Assembly: GCA_041548485.1 (NCBI GenBank)
Contig: JBFESP010000006.1
Location: forward strand, 19,895 to 83,894
Reading direction: 5' to 3'
From: Thermoplasmata archaeon
GTDB lineage: Archaea > Thermoplasmatota > Thermoplasmata > UBA10834
DNA: 64,000 bases
This document shows, piece by piece, positions 1 to 10,150 of this stretch (position 1 is its first letter; each line of letters begins with the position of its first letter). Both the position numbers and the translations under genes were made by a program. The notes beneath the pieces were generated by a model that saw nothing but the letters and a program-made list of their open reading frames with translations, made no database searches and was not told the DNA's origin.

Positions 1-1029
1 TTCGGGGACCTGCTCGGAGGCCTCGTCGAAGCGACGATGGCCGGAATGGCGGGCAGGGACAGAGTCACAACCACGAGGAAGCGGTTCGGCAAGGAAGAGG
101 TCGTGGTCTTCGAGCGAGCAGGCGAGATGATCAAGGTCCTCGACCAGCAGGCGCTTGAGAGCCGGCGGAACTTCGAGAAGCTGAGTCCGAGGAAGGTCAT
201 AGTGCCGATAGACAGAGACACCTTCATCCTGGCGACAGGGGCCAGCGAGACGGAGTTGCTCGGAGACGTGAGGCACGACCCCTACGGCGGCCACCCCCAG
301 CTCGGGACCCAGCCGTACGACCGGGTCGTGGCGGGGGCGATCCACAGCGCCCATCAGGGGGTGCTATTCGTCGACGAGGTGCCGCATCTTGGACATCTAC
401 AGAGGTTCATCCTGACAGCGATGCAGGAGAAGAGGTTCCCGATCACAGGACGGAACCCACAGAGCGCGGGAGCTAGCGTAAGAGTCGACAATGTCCCGTG
501 CGACTTCATATTCGTGGGAGCCTGCAACATTCAGGATCTGCATCACCTACTCTCCCCCCTCCGGTCGAGGATAAACGGGGGAGGATACGAGGTCCTGGTC
601 GAAACGGTCATGCCAGACACTGACGAGAACCGCGCGAAGATCGCGCAGTTCGTGGCGCAGGAGATAGCCATGGACGGAAAGATACCGCATGCCACGAGGG
701 AGTCGGTCGGCATCGTCATCGATGAGGCGAGGAAGCGGGCGAGGATAATCGACAACAGCGACAAGTCCCTGACGCTCCGACTCCGCGAACTCGGGGGACT
801 GGTCAGGGCCGCGGGGGACATCGCGATGGGTGAGCGGGCCAAGTACATCGAAGGCAAGCACATCCGCGACGCCCTCAGGCGGGCTCGTCCTGTCGAGGAG
901 CAGATCAAGGAGAGATACGGTAGCTACATCGGAGGCGTCTCAAAGGATATGAGCACATCGGAGAAGGAGAGCTCGCCGTATCACTACTGGAACGTGCATG
1001 CCCACGACGACAAAACGGGCTACAGATAA
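1..1029 (+). CDS. Lon-family (LonB-related) AAA+ ATPase, 5'-truncated by window; no C-terminal protease domain
   Basis: Open frame from base 1; LLGDVRHDPYGG, GAIHSAHQGVLFVDE (Walker B) and LTLRLRELGGLVR are LonB AAA motifs; ORF ends without a Ser-Lys protease domain. Confidence 0.8.
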   Translation, partial: FGDLLGGLVEATMAGMAGRDRVTTTRKRFGKEEVVVFERAGEMIKVLDQQALESRRNFEKLSPRKVIVPIDRDTFILATGASETELLGDVRHDPYGGHPQLGTQPYDRVVAGAIHSAHQGVLFVDEVPHLGHLQRFILTAMQEKRFPITGRNPQSAGASVRVDNVPCDFIFVGACNIQDLHHLLSPLRSRINGGGYEVLVETVMPDTDENRAKIAQFVAQEIAMDGKIPHATRESVGIVIDEARKRARIIDNSDKSLTLRLRELGGLVRAAGDIAMGERAKYIEGKHIRDALRRARPVEEQIKERYGSYIGGVSKDMSTSEKESSPYHYWNVHAHDDKTGYR

Positions 1030-1041
1030 CTGTTCTTCGTC

Positions 1042-1482
1042 TCAGCTCTGCAGAATCTTGATCATCTGGTAGGCGCCCTCGCCGTTCAGATAGAAGTTCT
1101 CTATCTCGCCGGACACCGAGTAGCCGTGGCGCTCGTAGAAGGAGATGGCGGACGAGTTGCTCTTCCTGACCTCCAACCCTATGGCACGGAACGCCCCGGC
1201 CAGACATCGGTCCTCTAGCTTCTTCAGGAGCGTCGACCCGTATGAACGTCCCCTGTGCTCCGGAAGCACGGCGAGCATGAGCACACGCGCGACCCGCTTC
1301 TCCGACTCCACAGCTGCCACGAGACCGATTATCTGTCCATTCTCCTCAGCGACCATGAACCCATCTGACCAGATGTTGTGGAGGGTCAGATAGAGCGAAG
1401 GCGGGTACGTCTCCCCGAGGGACCTCTTGACCACGCGCATCACCGAGTGTATGTCATTTATGGAGAAGCGGCGGACTATCAT
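1042..1482 (-). CDS. rimI: RimI/Ard1-type N-acetyltransferase (GNAT)
   Basis: LAVLPEHRGRSYG acetyl-CoA motif, LEVRKSN..AISFY, YLNGEGAY; ATG 1482 lies ~28 nt below a TATA-like ATTAAT. Confidence 0.8.
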   Translation of the reverse strand: MIVRRFSINDIHSVMRVVKRSLGETYPPSLYLTLHNIWSDGFMVAEENGQIIGLVAAVESEKRVARVLMLAVLPEHRGRSYGSTLLKKLEDRCLAGAFRAIGLEVRKSNSSAISFYERHGYSVSGEIENFYLNGEGAYQMIKILQS

Positions 1483-1534
1483 GGCATCGGGCAGAACCGT
1501 CATAGGTGTCATTAATCTTGCGCGTGTCAAGCGG

Positions 1535-3682
1535 CTATCGACTCCTCAGTCCACGCCTCCGGAGGATGAGAAGCAGCAGGGCGCCTCCGAGAGCCCCTGG
1601 AACGATTGACGCATAGGTAGCCACACTGTATCTCTCCTCCACGGGGGGACGATGCTCGCTCACCACTCGGATGGTGATCGCCTGGGTCGCTTCGTTTCCC
1701 CACGAGTCCGTCAGGGTCAACACGACTTTCATCTCGCCCGGAACCGTCAGGAGGAAGGAGACGGAGGGCGTGTCCGCATCCACCGACCCATCCCCGTCGA
1801 TGTCCCACTGCACTCCAACCAGCATCCTGTCATCCGAACACCCCTCCGATGTGAGGGTCACCCAGCTGCCGCACGACTCGACGATATCCTTGGGAGCGTC
1901 GATGAGGGGAGCGACCCGATCCGGATACCAGTCCGCCTCGAATGCCTCCGTGAAGTAGCTGGCCACCTCGAGTGAGTCGACCACAGCGGCAAGCTCGCGG
2001 TTCCTGGCGAAGGACGCGTACACCCAGTTGTTGCTCGAGACCACCGTCCTCCTGCCATCGGCTATCACGCCCTTGTTGTGCATGACGGTGACCGGCCCCT
2101 CGGGATCCATGAGGCGGGCCGAGCAGTTGAGGGATTCCCCGGACCCTACGGCGACGAAGGCGTCGACGACCTCGCCATTTCGGTCCAGGTTGAACCATGA
2201 CGAGTCCAGAAGCGCTCTGCACATGACGCCGTCTCTCGCGCGGTCAATCACGCTCGAGACCAGCGGGCTGAGCGACTCGTCACCCGACCATCTCGTACGC
2301 CATCTGAGATCCGCCTGGAACTGCTCGACGATCAGCTCCCTCTCCGACTGGAGCGTGTCGCACAAGAACGGATGTACCAAGGACCCGTCCGGCGAGACCA
2401 CCAGCGTCACGGTCGCGGATGATGAAGTGGTGAATGGGCGGAACATGCCGAGCTCGTGCTGGCTCTCCACCAGTGCCGGGGCCTCTGCCTGGGAATCATA
2501 CCTGGCATCATGCAGCCAATCCGTCACGCACGGTCGGTCCGCCCTCCAGTCGTCCTCAAAGGCCGTGGTCAGGTAAGCAGCGAGTCCGTTGCTGACGGCG
2601 GCCATCCCCCAGCCCCGGTTGCCGAAGACCCGGTCGGCCGGTATCCCGCTCGGGACCGCGTTCTCGGAGAGTACGATGACATCGGTGGAATCGATGACGA
2701 AGTACTTCGAGTGAAGGGCGGCGACGTGCTTCACGATGCCATCATCGAGCGCTCCCGTCAGGACTCGGACCGAGGCTCCAGAGCCAGCCAGAACCGACAG
2801 CGAGGCCACTGCTCGCTCATCCATGCCCCCGACGGGGTTTCCGTCAACGAGCAGGCTCACGTTCACCCCTCGACATAGGGCTCGCAACAACGCATGGCAG
2901 ACGATGGGGGACGAGAATTCGTATGAGCACACCCTTATGCTCTCCCGTGCGGCGTCCAGCCTGGCAACGACCACATCCGCAGAGCAGTCCGGGCTCAGGA
3001 ACGCGGTGAGACTGCCGGGGTCAACGATGGTCGCATACGGTTCCCACGAGGTGTAGCCGTACCTGTGCTCTCGAAATGGCATCCAATCGGTGGATGTGCC
3101 TGCATCCGCGAAACCGTCCGAGGACCTCACCCTCACAAACACCTCGCCAGCGCGAGGGGACGCGAGCGGTGGCCCCGTCCAGCCGGTCGACGTCTCGGCG
3201 CAGTCGCCGTATACGACGAAGTCGAGCACAGCCCCATGGCCATCTCGAAGCAACAGGGAATCGCCGTCGTTCCCCAGCCTGAATGAGCCGGATACCTGGA
3301 CGCCGATGTCGCTCGAGGGGCCATCGAGGCATACCTCCGGCAGGGTGCCATAGGCTGCGAGATAGGAGGATGTGTTGAAGCTGACCGCGAGAGACGCACA
3401 CGGTCCTACGTACATCTGGTCCGAGAAGACGACGGCGCCCTCCCCGTCCGTGACCTCCCAGCCCTCGACCGAAACGCTACTCCTCCCCGCATTCGTCAGC
3501 ACGAAATACTCGTCGTCGCAGACAGCGTTCGGGTAGAACTCCGATAGGACTACGCCTGAGGGGATCGCCGAAAGGGCGTGAACGCAGCCTTCTGAGACGG
3601 CACGTTCGGGCTCTGGACCACCCATGAACGGAATGCATGTTATCGCGAACGCAATCGAAAGCACTACGACGGTGTGTGCCAC
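1535..3682 (-). CDS. Secreted/membrane-anchored phospholipase D-family protein with lamin-tail and PKD-like domains
   Basis: Two HKD motifs (LHSKYFVID, MHNKGVIAD); N-terminal hydrophobic segment; VLSEFYPN..DEYFVLTN lamin-tail pattern; WDIDGDG PKD-like repeat; C-terminal TM helix plus RRR tail. Confidence 0.85.
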   Translation of the reverse strand: MAHTVVVLSIAFAITCIPFMGGPEPERAVSEGCVHALSAIPSGVVLSEFYPNAVCDDEYFVLTNAGRSSVSVEGWEVTDGEGAVVFSDQMYVGPCASLAVSFNTSSYLAAYGTLPEVCLDGPSSDIGVQVSGSFRLGNDGDSLLLRDGHGAVLDFVVYGDCAETSTGWTGPPLASPRAGEVFVRVRSSDGFADAGTSTDWMPFREHRYGYTSWEPYATIVDPGSLTAFLSPDCSADVVVARLDAARESIRVCSYEFSSPIVCHALLRALCRGVNVSLLVDGNPVGGMDERAVASLSVLAGSGASVRVLTGALDDGIVKHVAALHSKYFVIDSTDVIVLSENAVPSGIPADRVFGNRGWGMAAVSNGLAAYLTTAFEDDWRADRPCVTDWLHDARYDSQAEAPALVESQHELGMFRPFTTSSSATVTLVVSPDGSLVHPFLCDTLQSERELIVEQFQADLRWRTRWSGDESLSPLVSSVIDRARDGVMCRALLDSSWFNLDRNGEVVDAFVAVGSGESLNCSARLMDPEGPVTVMHNKGVIADGRRTVVSSNNWVYASFARNRELAAVVDSLEVASYFTEAFEADWYPDRVAPLIDAPKDIVESCGSWVTLTSEGCSDDRMLVGVQWDIDGDGSVDADTPSVSFLLTVPGEMKVVLTLTDSWGNEATQAITIRVVSEHRPPVEERYSVATYASIVPGALGGALLLLILRRRGLRSR

Positions 3683-3739
3683 TCCGGTCTCCGAGTGGTT
3701 CTCAGGGAAATAGCACCGTGATTACACGCAGGCTTCGCT

Positions 3740-4420
3740 TCATCGTTGAATGCCGACGGCAAGGTCCAGGAGAACCCTCTTCGGGTCGGAGGCCTTGACG
3801 ACGCCGCTCGCAAGGAGTACGCCGTTTGTGCCGAGTTCGATGGCCTTGGACGCGTCTTCTCCCGTCTTCACGCCTGCACCGCACAACACCTTCACTCCAG
3901 GGAACGCCGCCTTGGCCACACGCACGGACTCGCCGACGATCTCCGGGTTCGCGGTTGTGACGGACACCTCTCCGCCTATCAGTTCAGGAGGTTCGATCGC
4001 GACGAAGTCCGGCTCGAGGGCTGCACACGCCCTCGTCACCTGGAGGTCGTTCGTGCATACGACCGTCGATAGCCCATCCCGTTTGGCCTTCCCGACGAGA
4101 GAGGATATCTCGGATATGCGGAGGCGCCTCTCGGAGTGGTTCAACAGGGTTCCCTTGGCACCCGATGCTAGGATGTTCTCCAACGCGACATGGCCCGTGG
4201 TACTTCCGGGTTTGAGGTCGTCGGCATGCTGGGAGAACACCGGGATCGTGACCGCGGCGACCACGGAGGCAAGGTCGGGCATGGGAGGGGCGACCACGAT
4301 CGCCATCCCAGTCTCGTCGGAGACGCTCTCGCAGATCCTCGCCAGTGCGACCGCCTTGGCGCCGCTCGACTCCAGATAGGTCTTGAAGTTGACGATGATG
4401 ACTGTCTCCGACGCGCTCAA
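3740..4420 (-). CDS. tpiA: Triosephosphate isomerase, archaeal type
   Basis: IVNFKTY, LLNHSE, AIEPPELIG, VLLASG motifs; TTG start behind GAGGTG. Confidence 0.97.
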   Translation of the reverse strand: MSASETVIIVNFKTYLESSGAKAVALARICESVSDETGMAIVVAPPMPDLASVVAAVTIPVFSQHADDLKPGSTTGHVALENILASGAKGTLLNHSERRLRISEISSLVGKAKRDGLSTVVCTNDLQVTRACAALEPDFVAIEPPELIGGEVSVTTANPEIVGESVRVAKAAFPGVKVLCGAGVKTGEDASKAIELGTNGVLLASGVVKASDPKRVLLDLAVGIQR

Positions 4421-4431
4421 GCCGATCCACC

Positions 4432-5568
4432 TCAGTCCAGGGGCTTCATGCGCGGCTCGAGCTTCTTCAGTATCTCAGGCCTCGTCGTGTACTCCAACTC
4501 GCTCGGCGAGACGATGCCTGGCATGAACGGCCCATGCCCTCTCATGTAGACCGAGACGTCCATGGCCTTGTTCCTGACATAGTCCCATTCGCTCCCGGAG
4601 AAGTAGTCAATGGGCTCGTGCACGCCGGGTCCAGCATCCGCTGGCTCCAGGCCCTGGATCCTCCCGTTGGATATCTGAATGCCCAGGGCGCACACCCTCG
4701 GTGGCCCGTCATGATACGAAGGATCCGAACCCTCCACGCTGCACGGATACCAGGCACCGTAGTGCGAGCCGCGCATCCACCCGGCGACGAGCTGAGGGAA
4801 GGCAAACGGCTGAAGGACCTCACCTACCGCGGGCAGACCGGATTGGCACCTTACGAGCATGACGGGATCGTCCTTTCCCACGTACTTGCCCGCCAGCATG
4901 TTCAGCTTCTCCGTAGATACGACCGCCGCCACGCCGACGTCCCTGTGCACTACGCGCTTGACGGCGTACCGGGTTGTGTCTCCGAGCAGGGCCAGGATGT
5001 CGTACATCTCCGCAGGTGAGCTCATTACGACCTTCTTGTGGTCCACTACATCGACGACCTCCAGGTCGTAGCCGAGGTGAGCCCTCGGGTCGATGACGAG
5101 CCCGGTCGTTGTGAATGGGTCCATGAATATCTTCGAGATGGGCAACGAGTAGGCGGACGGACCACACTTGTCGGCCAGAAGCACGAGCATGGGCTCCGTC
5201 GGGCGCTCCTCGAACTCCATCTCGGCGGCTCCGGGGCCCTGGCCCCTCACGTTTCCGGAGAACGCATCCGTCAGCAGGTCCTGGCCAGCAGCGTACAGCT
5301 TCATCTTCTTCGCCTCTGACGCTGCGCTCATGAAGGCGTTCCATGCCAACTCGTGGATCTCTTTGTCGTTCTCGCCCTTCCGGTGGGTCATCAGCAGCTC
5401 CATGTCGTCGCCGCAACGCGTCACATAGTAGTCCACCAGAAGTCCATCCTGCACTCCCCTGCTCAGGGCGTTCCCCGCTACCTCCATCATCCTCGGATGG
5501 GGCTTCGAATGGCCAGCCACCGAGCCTACGTCGGCCTTGATCAGAGAGACCGTTATCTTCTCCGGCAT
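4432..5568 (-). CDS. fbp: Bifunctional fructose-1,6-bisphosphate aldolase/phosphatase
   Basis: SLIKADVGS, YAAGQDLL, GKYVGKDDP (Schiff-base Tyr/Lys), GWMRGSH; ATG 5568 behind GGAGGAG. Confidence 0.95.
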   Translation of the reverse strand: MPEKITVSLIKADVGSVAGHSKPHPRMMEVAGNALSRGVQDGLLVDYYVTRCGDDMELLMTHRKGENDKEIHELAWNAFMSAASEAKKMKLYAAGQDLLTDAFSGNVRGQGPGAAEMEFEERPTEPMLVLLADKCGPSAYSLPISKIFMDPFTTTGLVIDPRAHLGYDLEVVDVVDHKKVVMSSPAEMYDILALLGDTTRYAVKRVVHRDVGVAAVVSTEKLNMLAGKYVGKDDPVMLVRCQSGLPAVGEVLQPFAFPQLVAGWMRGSHYGAWYPCSVEGSDPSYHDGPPRVCALGIQISNGRIQGLEPADAGPGVHEPIDYFSGSEWDYVRNKAMDVSVYMRGHGPFMPGIVSPSELEYTTRPEILKKLEPRMKPLD

Positions 5569-5774
5569 TATTTGCTCCTCCAACCTCAAGTTTCGCAGTC
5601 TGCGAAATGAGGGGCATACGATATATATTAACCGCTCTGATCAGGGACTCCGTCGCACCCACTGAATACCCGCGAAAAGCCACCATCGTCCTCGAGAAGG
5701 CTCGGGAGCCGCGGTGGTCGAATGGAAAGGCTTATGCGCAGAGATGTCGCTGTTCGACCGACGAGTGGACGCAG

Positions 5775-7181
5775 ATGGGAATCGTCGAGGAGCTCAAACC
5801 GATATTCTCGCCCAAGTCTATAGCCGTCGTAGGCGCGTCCAGGAGCCCCACCAAGCTGGGTTTCGAGATTCTCCAGAACATACTTGTGAGCGGCTACAAG
5901 GGGAAGGTGATTCCCATCAATCCCGAGACGCCCGAGATACTGGGGCTCAGGGCGCTTCCCAGCGTTCAGGCGGTGAAAGAGGACATCGACCTCGCGATCA
6001 TCGTCGTCCCGGCGGAGTTCGTGCCTAAGATAATGACGGAGTGCGCCAAGAAGAAGGTCAAGGGCGTGATAATCATCTCGGCCGGATTCGGGGAGGTCGG
6101 CGACAACGGCCGTCGGCTTGAGAAGGAGGTTCTCGGCATCGCGGCGAAGGCCGGGATAAGGGTCGTCGGTCCGAACACGCTCGGTTACAAGGACCCGATA
6201 GACAATCTGGATGCCGCTTTCGTGTTCGGCATGCCCAAACCGGGAAGGATAGCCCTGGTCAGTCAGAGCGGCGCCCTCTGCGTCGGCATGATATACTACG
6301 CGAACGGAGAACACATCGGCCTCTCGAGAGTGATATCTGTCGGTAACAAGGCGGATGTGGATGACGCGGATCTGATAGACTACCTCGACCATGACAAGGC
6401 GACGAAGGTCATCGCGATGTACATCGAGGGCATTAAGGATGGCAAGAAGTTCCTCGATGCGGCGAGGAGGTGCAGGAAACCGATCGTGGCGATCAAAGCT
6501 GGCAGGACTCCGGCTGGCTCGGCTGCTGCATCGACCCATACAGGCTCGCTGAGCGGCTCGGACGCCGTCTACGATTCCGCGTTCAGGCAGGTGCACATCC
6601 AAAGGGCATACGACGTCGGTGAGATGTTCGATTACGCAAGAGCCCTGACGTATCAGCCGTGCGCGAAGGGGAACAGGGTGGGCATCGTCTCGAACGGCGG
6701 CGGTGCGGGCATAATGATTGCAGACTGGTGCGAGTCGAGCGGTCTGAAGGTTCCCGTCCTGACGAAGAAGACCTGTGACGCGCTGAACCCTCACCTGCCG
6801 CCAATAACGACCGCCCGCAACCCGCTGGATGTGACGGGAGATGCGAGGTACCACAGGTACTACGTCACCGGCAACATCATGCTGGCCGACCCGAACATCG
6901 ATGCCCTCATCATGGCCTGCGTGCACGCAGGGATCGCGAGGCCAAGAGAGTACGTCGGCGCGGTGATCAAGCTAGTCGAAGACAACACTCACCTCAAGAA
7001 GCCGATCGTCGCCTGCTGGGTTGGCGGGCCGGAGGTCGACGAGGTAGTCCAGGAACTCAGGGTCAAGAACATCCCTGTCTATCCGTCTGCGATGAGGGCA
7101 GCCAGAGCGGTGAAGTGCCTCTACGATGAGGGTAAGAGGCTGGACCATGCATGCCGCAGCGTCAAGGGCCGAAAGGCATAG
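5775..7181 (+). CDS. acdA: ADP-forming acetate/acyl-CoA ligase, alpha subunit
   Basis: PKSIAVVGAS CoA-binding fold, VGPNTLG, SQSGA, STHTGSL phospho-His, NPLDVTGDA. Confidence 0.92.
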   Translation: MGIVEELKPIFSPKSIAVVGASRSPTKLGFEILQNILVSGYKGKVIPINPETPEILGLRALPSVQAVKEDIDLAIIVVPAEFVPKIMTECAKKKVKGVIIISAGFGEVGDNGRRLEKEVLGIAAKAGIRVVGPNTLGYKDPIDNLDAAFVFGMPKPGRIALVSQSGALCVGMIYYANGEHIGLSRVISVGNKADVDDADLIDYLDHDKATKVIAMYIEGIKDGKKFLDAARRCRKPIVAIKAGRTPAGSAAASTHTGSLSGSDAVYDSAFRQVHIQRAYDVGEMFDYARALTYQPCAKGNRVGIVSNGGGAGIMIADWCESSGLKVPVLTKKTCDALNPHLPPITTARNPLDVTGDARYHRYYVTGNIMLADPNIDALIMACVHAGIARPREYVGAVIKLVEDNTHLKKPIVACWVGGPEVDEVVQELRVKNIPVYPSAMRAARAVKCLYDEGKRLDHACRSVKGRKA

Positions 7182-7293
7182 TCGGGGTGACCTGACAGTG
7201 GCCTGAGGCTCGGGACCGGTTTCTCCAACAAGCCGCCCTCCAGAAGGAGTTTTAAACATCCTATGCATCAGCGGGTGCGGTTGGCCCGTTGAG

Positions 7294-8232
7294 ATGAGAC
7301 ACATCAACTCGTCAGTGGCGGCCCTGTCCGCCGTCGCTCTGTGGGGGCTCGCGTTTCCCTTGATACAGGAAGGGCTCGAGTTCGCCTCTCCCGTCCTCCT
7401 CGGGTTCATCAGGTTCGCGTTTGCCTCGCTCATGATGCTGGTCATCATGCTCTGGATGTACCCGGTCGATGAGATCAGGGCACTCATGGCCAAGGAGTGG
7501 AGGATCCTCGCGGTACTCGCGGTGTTGTACGTCACCATCCCGAACGTCGCCCAGAACATCGGACTACAGAACGGCACCTCCTCTATCGCATGCGTGATTC
7601 AATCCTCCGGGCCCGTGCTGACGCTCATGTTCGCCGTGGCGTTGCTGGGAGAGAGGTTCACGAAGGGGAAGATCGTCGGGACGGTCGTCGCGATCGTGGG
7701 CACGGTCGCCCTCGTGACCAACGGAGGCGTCTCCTTGTCCAACATCAGCTTCGTGAGCAACATCTTCATACTCGTGTCCGCGGTCTCCTACGGGCTCGCA
7801 TGGGTCTCGGCGAAACGCGTGCTCGAGCGGAACCCCCCGATGCTGGTGATCGGGCTGGCCGTGATCATGGGAACGGCGTTCCTCGGACTATCCGTCCCGT
7901 TCGAGGCGGGTCTCAGACTCGAGATGAACGGCTGGGCGCTGCTCGATTTCGCCATACTCGGGCTGTTCTGCGCCGGGCTGTCGTCCATCCTGTACCTGAC
8001 CGCCCTGAGGGAAGAGGAGGTGTCCCGCCTGGCGTTCTTCATATATCTGATGCCGGTGTTTGCATCCCTGTTCGCGTGGATCATAAGGAACGAGATGGTG
8101 GAACTCGCGACCGTGGCATGCGCGTTCGTAATCGTGGTCGGCATCGCCATAGCCACGAAGGAGTGGACAGGGTGCCCCGACAAAGCTACGTCGTCAGGAC
8201 CGGGCCGCAAAAAAGTAAATACTAACGACTAG
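7294..8232 (+). CDS. EamA/DMT family transporter
   Basis: About 10 hydrophobic helices, duplicated EamA pattern (LWG.AFP, LLGERFT, YLMPVFA). Confidence 0.88.
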   Translation: MRHINSSVAALSAVALWGLAFPLIQEGLEFASPVLLGFIRFAFASLMMLVIMLWMYPVDEIRALMAKEWRILAVLAVLYVTIPNVAQNIGLQNGTSSIACVIQSSGPVLTLMFAVALLGERFTKGKIVGTVVAIVGTVALVTNGGVSLSNISFVSNIFILVSAVSYGLAWVSAKRVLERNPPMLVIGLAVIMGTAFLGLSVPFEAGLRLEMNGWALLDFAILGLFCAGLSSILYLTALREEEVSRLAFFIYLMPVFASLFAWIIRNEMVELATVACAFVIVVGIAIATKEWTGCPDKATSSGPGRKKVNTND

Positions 8233-8257
8233 GTATGCGAGAAAAGGTGAGGATGCT

Positions 8258-9586
8258 TTGCCCTCATGGCAACATATCACGTATTCTAACGATATCAAAG
8301 ACGAGCACTTCGGGAAGAGCGTCGTAGTCGGCGGTTGGGCGCAGGAGATACGGAACCTGGGAGGGATATCGTTCCTTCAGCTCAGAGACCGCTTCGGGGT
8401 CGTCCAAGTCACCTCACTGAAGAAGAGGGACCCCGAGCTCTTCAAGCAGATGACATCCATCCAGAGGGAGTCTGTGCTCGTGATAACCGGGACCGTCAAG
8501 GAGAGCAAGGAGGCCAAAGCCGGCTTCGAGGTCATCCCTGAGACGGTCGCCGTGCTGAGCGAGGCCATGACACCACTACCATTGGGCGTTGTGGACAAGG
8601 TCGGAGCGGACCTCGACACGCGGCTGAACAACAGGTTCATGGACCTGAGGAAGCCGGAGACTCGGGCGATATTCCAGATTCGGGCGATGGCTCTCAAGGG
8701 CATGAGGGACTACCTTACGTCCGAGGGGTTCGTGGAGGTGACCACCCCCAAGATTGTGGCAGCTGGTGCAGAGGGGGGAGCGACGCTGTTCCCCATCAAG
8801 TACTTCGACAAGAGCGCGTACCTCGCGCAGAGTCCGCAGCTGTACAAGCAGAACCTCATGGGGACCGGGCTCGACCGGATATTCGAGATATCCCCTGCCT
8901 ACCGGGCGGAGGCATCGGACACGGTCAGGCACATAGCAGAGTTCACATCCCTCGATATCGAGCTCGCGTTCATCGAGTCCTCTGATGACGTGATGGCGGT
9001 CGCTGAAGGGATCGCATACAGCGGTCTTCGGCATGTGAACGAGATGGCCGGCGAGCAGCTCGACCTGCTGGGCGCGGAGGTTTCCGTCCCGGAGACGCCG
9101 TTCCCGCGCATCACCTACTCCGAGGCGATAGACCTGCTGAAGAACGAGGGGATGAAGGTCGGACACGGCGACGACCTCGGCACCGAGGGGGAGAAGCTCC
9201 TGGGAGACGTCATGGCGAGGGAGCGCGGCTGCCAGCTCTACTTCATAACGGACTTCCCGACGTCACTGAAGCGCGGGACATTCTACGCCAAGAGGCACGA
9301 CGACGACCCCGAGCGGACGGGATACTTCGACCTCGACTACAGAGGTCAGGAGATAGTCTCAGGGGGACAGAGGGAGCACAGATACGATGTCCTCGTCGAG
9401 CAGATGAGGGAGAACAACATGGACCTTGACTCGTTCGAGTTCTACCTGAAGGCGTTCAGGTTCGGGATGCCGCCTCATGGCGGATTCGGGTTCGGCATCG
9501 AGAGGTACGTGCAGAAGATGTTGAACCTGCCAAACATACGGGAGGCGGTTCTATATCCACGGGACCGGATGAGACTGATTCCTTGA
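8258..9586 (+). CDS. aspS: Aspartyl-tRNA synthetase, archaeal type
   Basis: OB-fold N-terminus (GWAQEIRNLGGISFLQLRD), YLAQSPQLYKQ, YRAE..RH..EF, GMPPHGGFGFGIER. Confidence 0.97.
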   Translation: MPSWQHITYSNDIKDEHFGKSVVVGGWAQEIRNLGGISFLQLRDRFGVVQVTSLKKRDPELFKQMTSIQRESVLVITGTVKESKEAKAGFEVIPETVAVLSEAMTPLPLGVVDKVGADLDTRLNNRFMDLRKPETRAIFQIRAMALKGMRDYLTSEGFVEVTTPKIVAAGAEGGATLFPIKYFDKSAYLAQSPQLYKQNLMGTGLDRIFEISPAYRAEASDTVRHIAEFTSLDIELAFIESSDDVMAVAEGIAYSGLRHVNEMAGEQLDLLGAEVSVPETPFPRITYSEAIDLLKNEGMKVGHGDDLGTEGEKLLGDVMARERGCQLYFITDFPTSLKRGTFYAKRHDDDPERTGYFDLDYRGQEIVSGGQREHRYDVLVEQMRENNMDLDSFEFYLKAFRFGMPPHGGFGFGIERYVQKMLNLPNIREAVLYPRDRMRLIP

Positions 9587-10110
9587 ACGGTCGGCCCAGG
9601 CGCATGCTCCTGGAGCTACCGACGGCCGACGAGATCGATGAGATGGCATCCGACAGACCTGCACTTCTGGTCCGCAGGTTCGATTTCAATCTGGAGGATC
9701 GACGGATAGACCTGGACTACGCCCCGTGCAAGGGGGAGACGCTGTTCGTGACAGGGGGCGCCAGAGGAGTCGCACTCGTGAAGACCGAAGGAGCGACCAT
9801 CTGGACCCTGCCCTCTGGAAGGATAGGTGTGAACGAGGCACCGGAGGCCGCCGCCAGAAGGATCGCGAAGGAGAGGTGCGGCATCAGGCTGGGAGAGATG
9901 GACCTGAGGGCACTGTACGACGTGACGAGGCATTACGAGAACGTGTCCGTCAAGAGGCTGGTGGTGGTCTACAGAGCGAAGGTGGAGGACTATCACAGCG
10001 CAGCGCCCGAGGACGGGCACCCGAGGTGCGTATTCCACTCCGCGGACCTCGAAGAACTGGTACACGACGAGATAGACTCCCAGGCCATCGGAGACTGCCT
10101 GGAGAAATAG
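9583..10110 (+). CDS. Nudix-fold protein with degenerate Nudix box
   Basis: WTLPSGRIGVNEAPEAAARRIAKERCG resembles GX5EX7REUXEEXG; TTGA overlap with aspS stop. Confidence 0.7.
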   Translation: MNGRPRRMLLELPTADEIDEMASDRPALLVRRFDFNLEDRRIDLDYAPCKGETLFVTGGARGVALVKTEGATIWTLPSGRIGVNEAPEAAARRIAKERCGIRLGEMDLRALYDVTRHYENVSVKRLVVVYRAKVEDYHSAAPEDGHPRCVFHSADLEELVHDEIDSQAIGDCLEK

Positions 10111-10150
10111 ATTTTAGGCCAGAAGACGATACGGCATGGTAGGCGATGGG

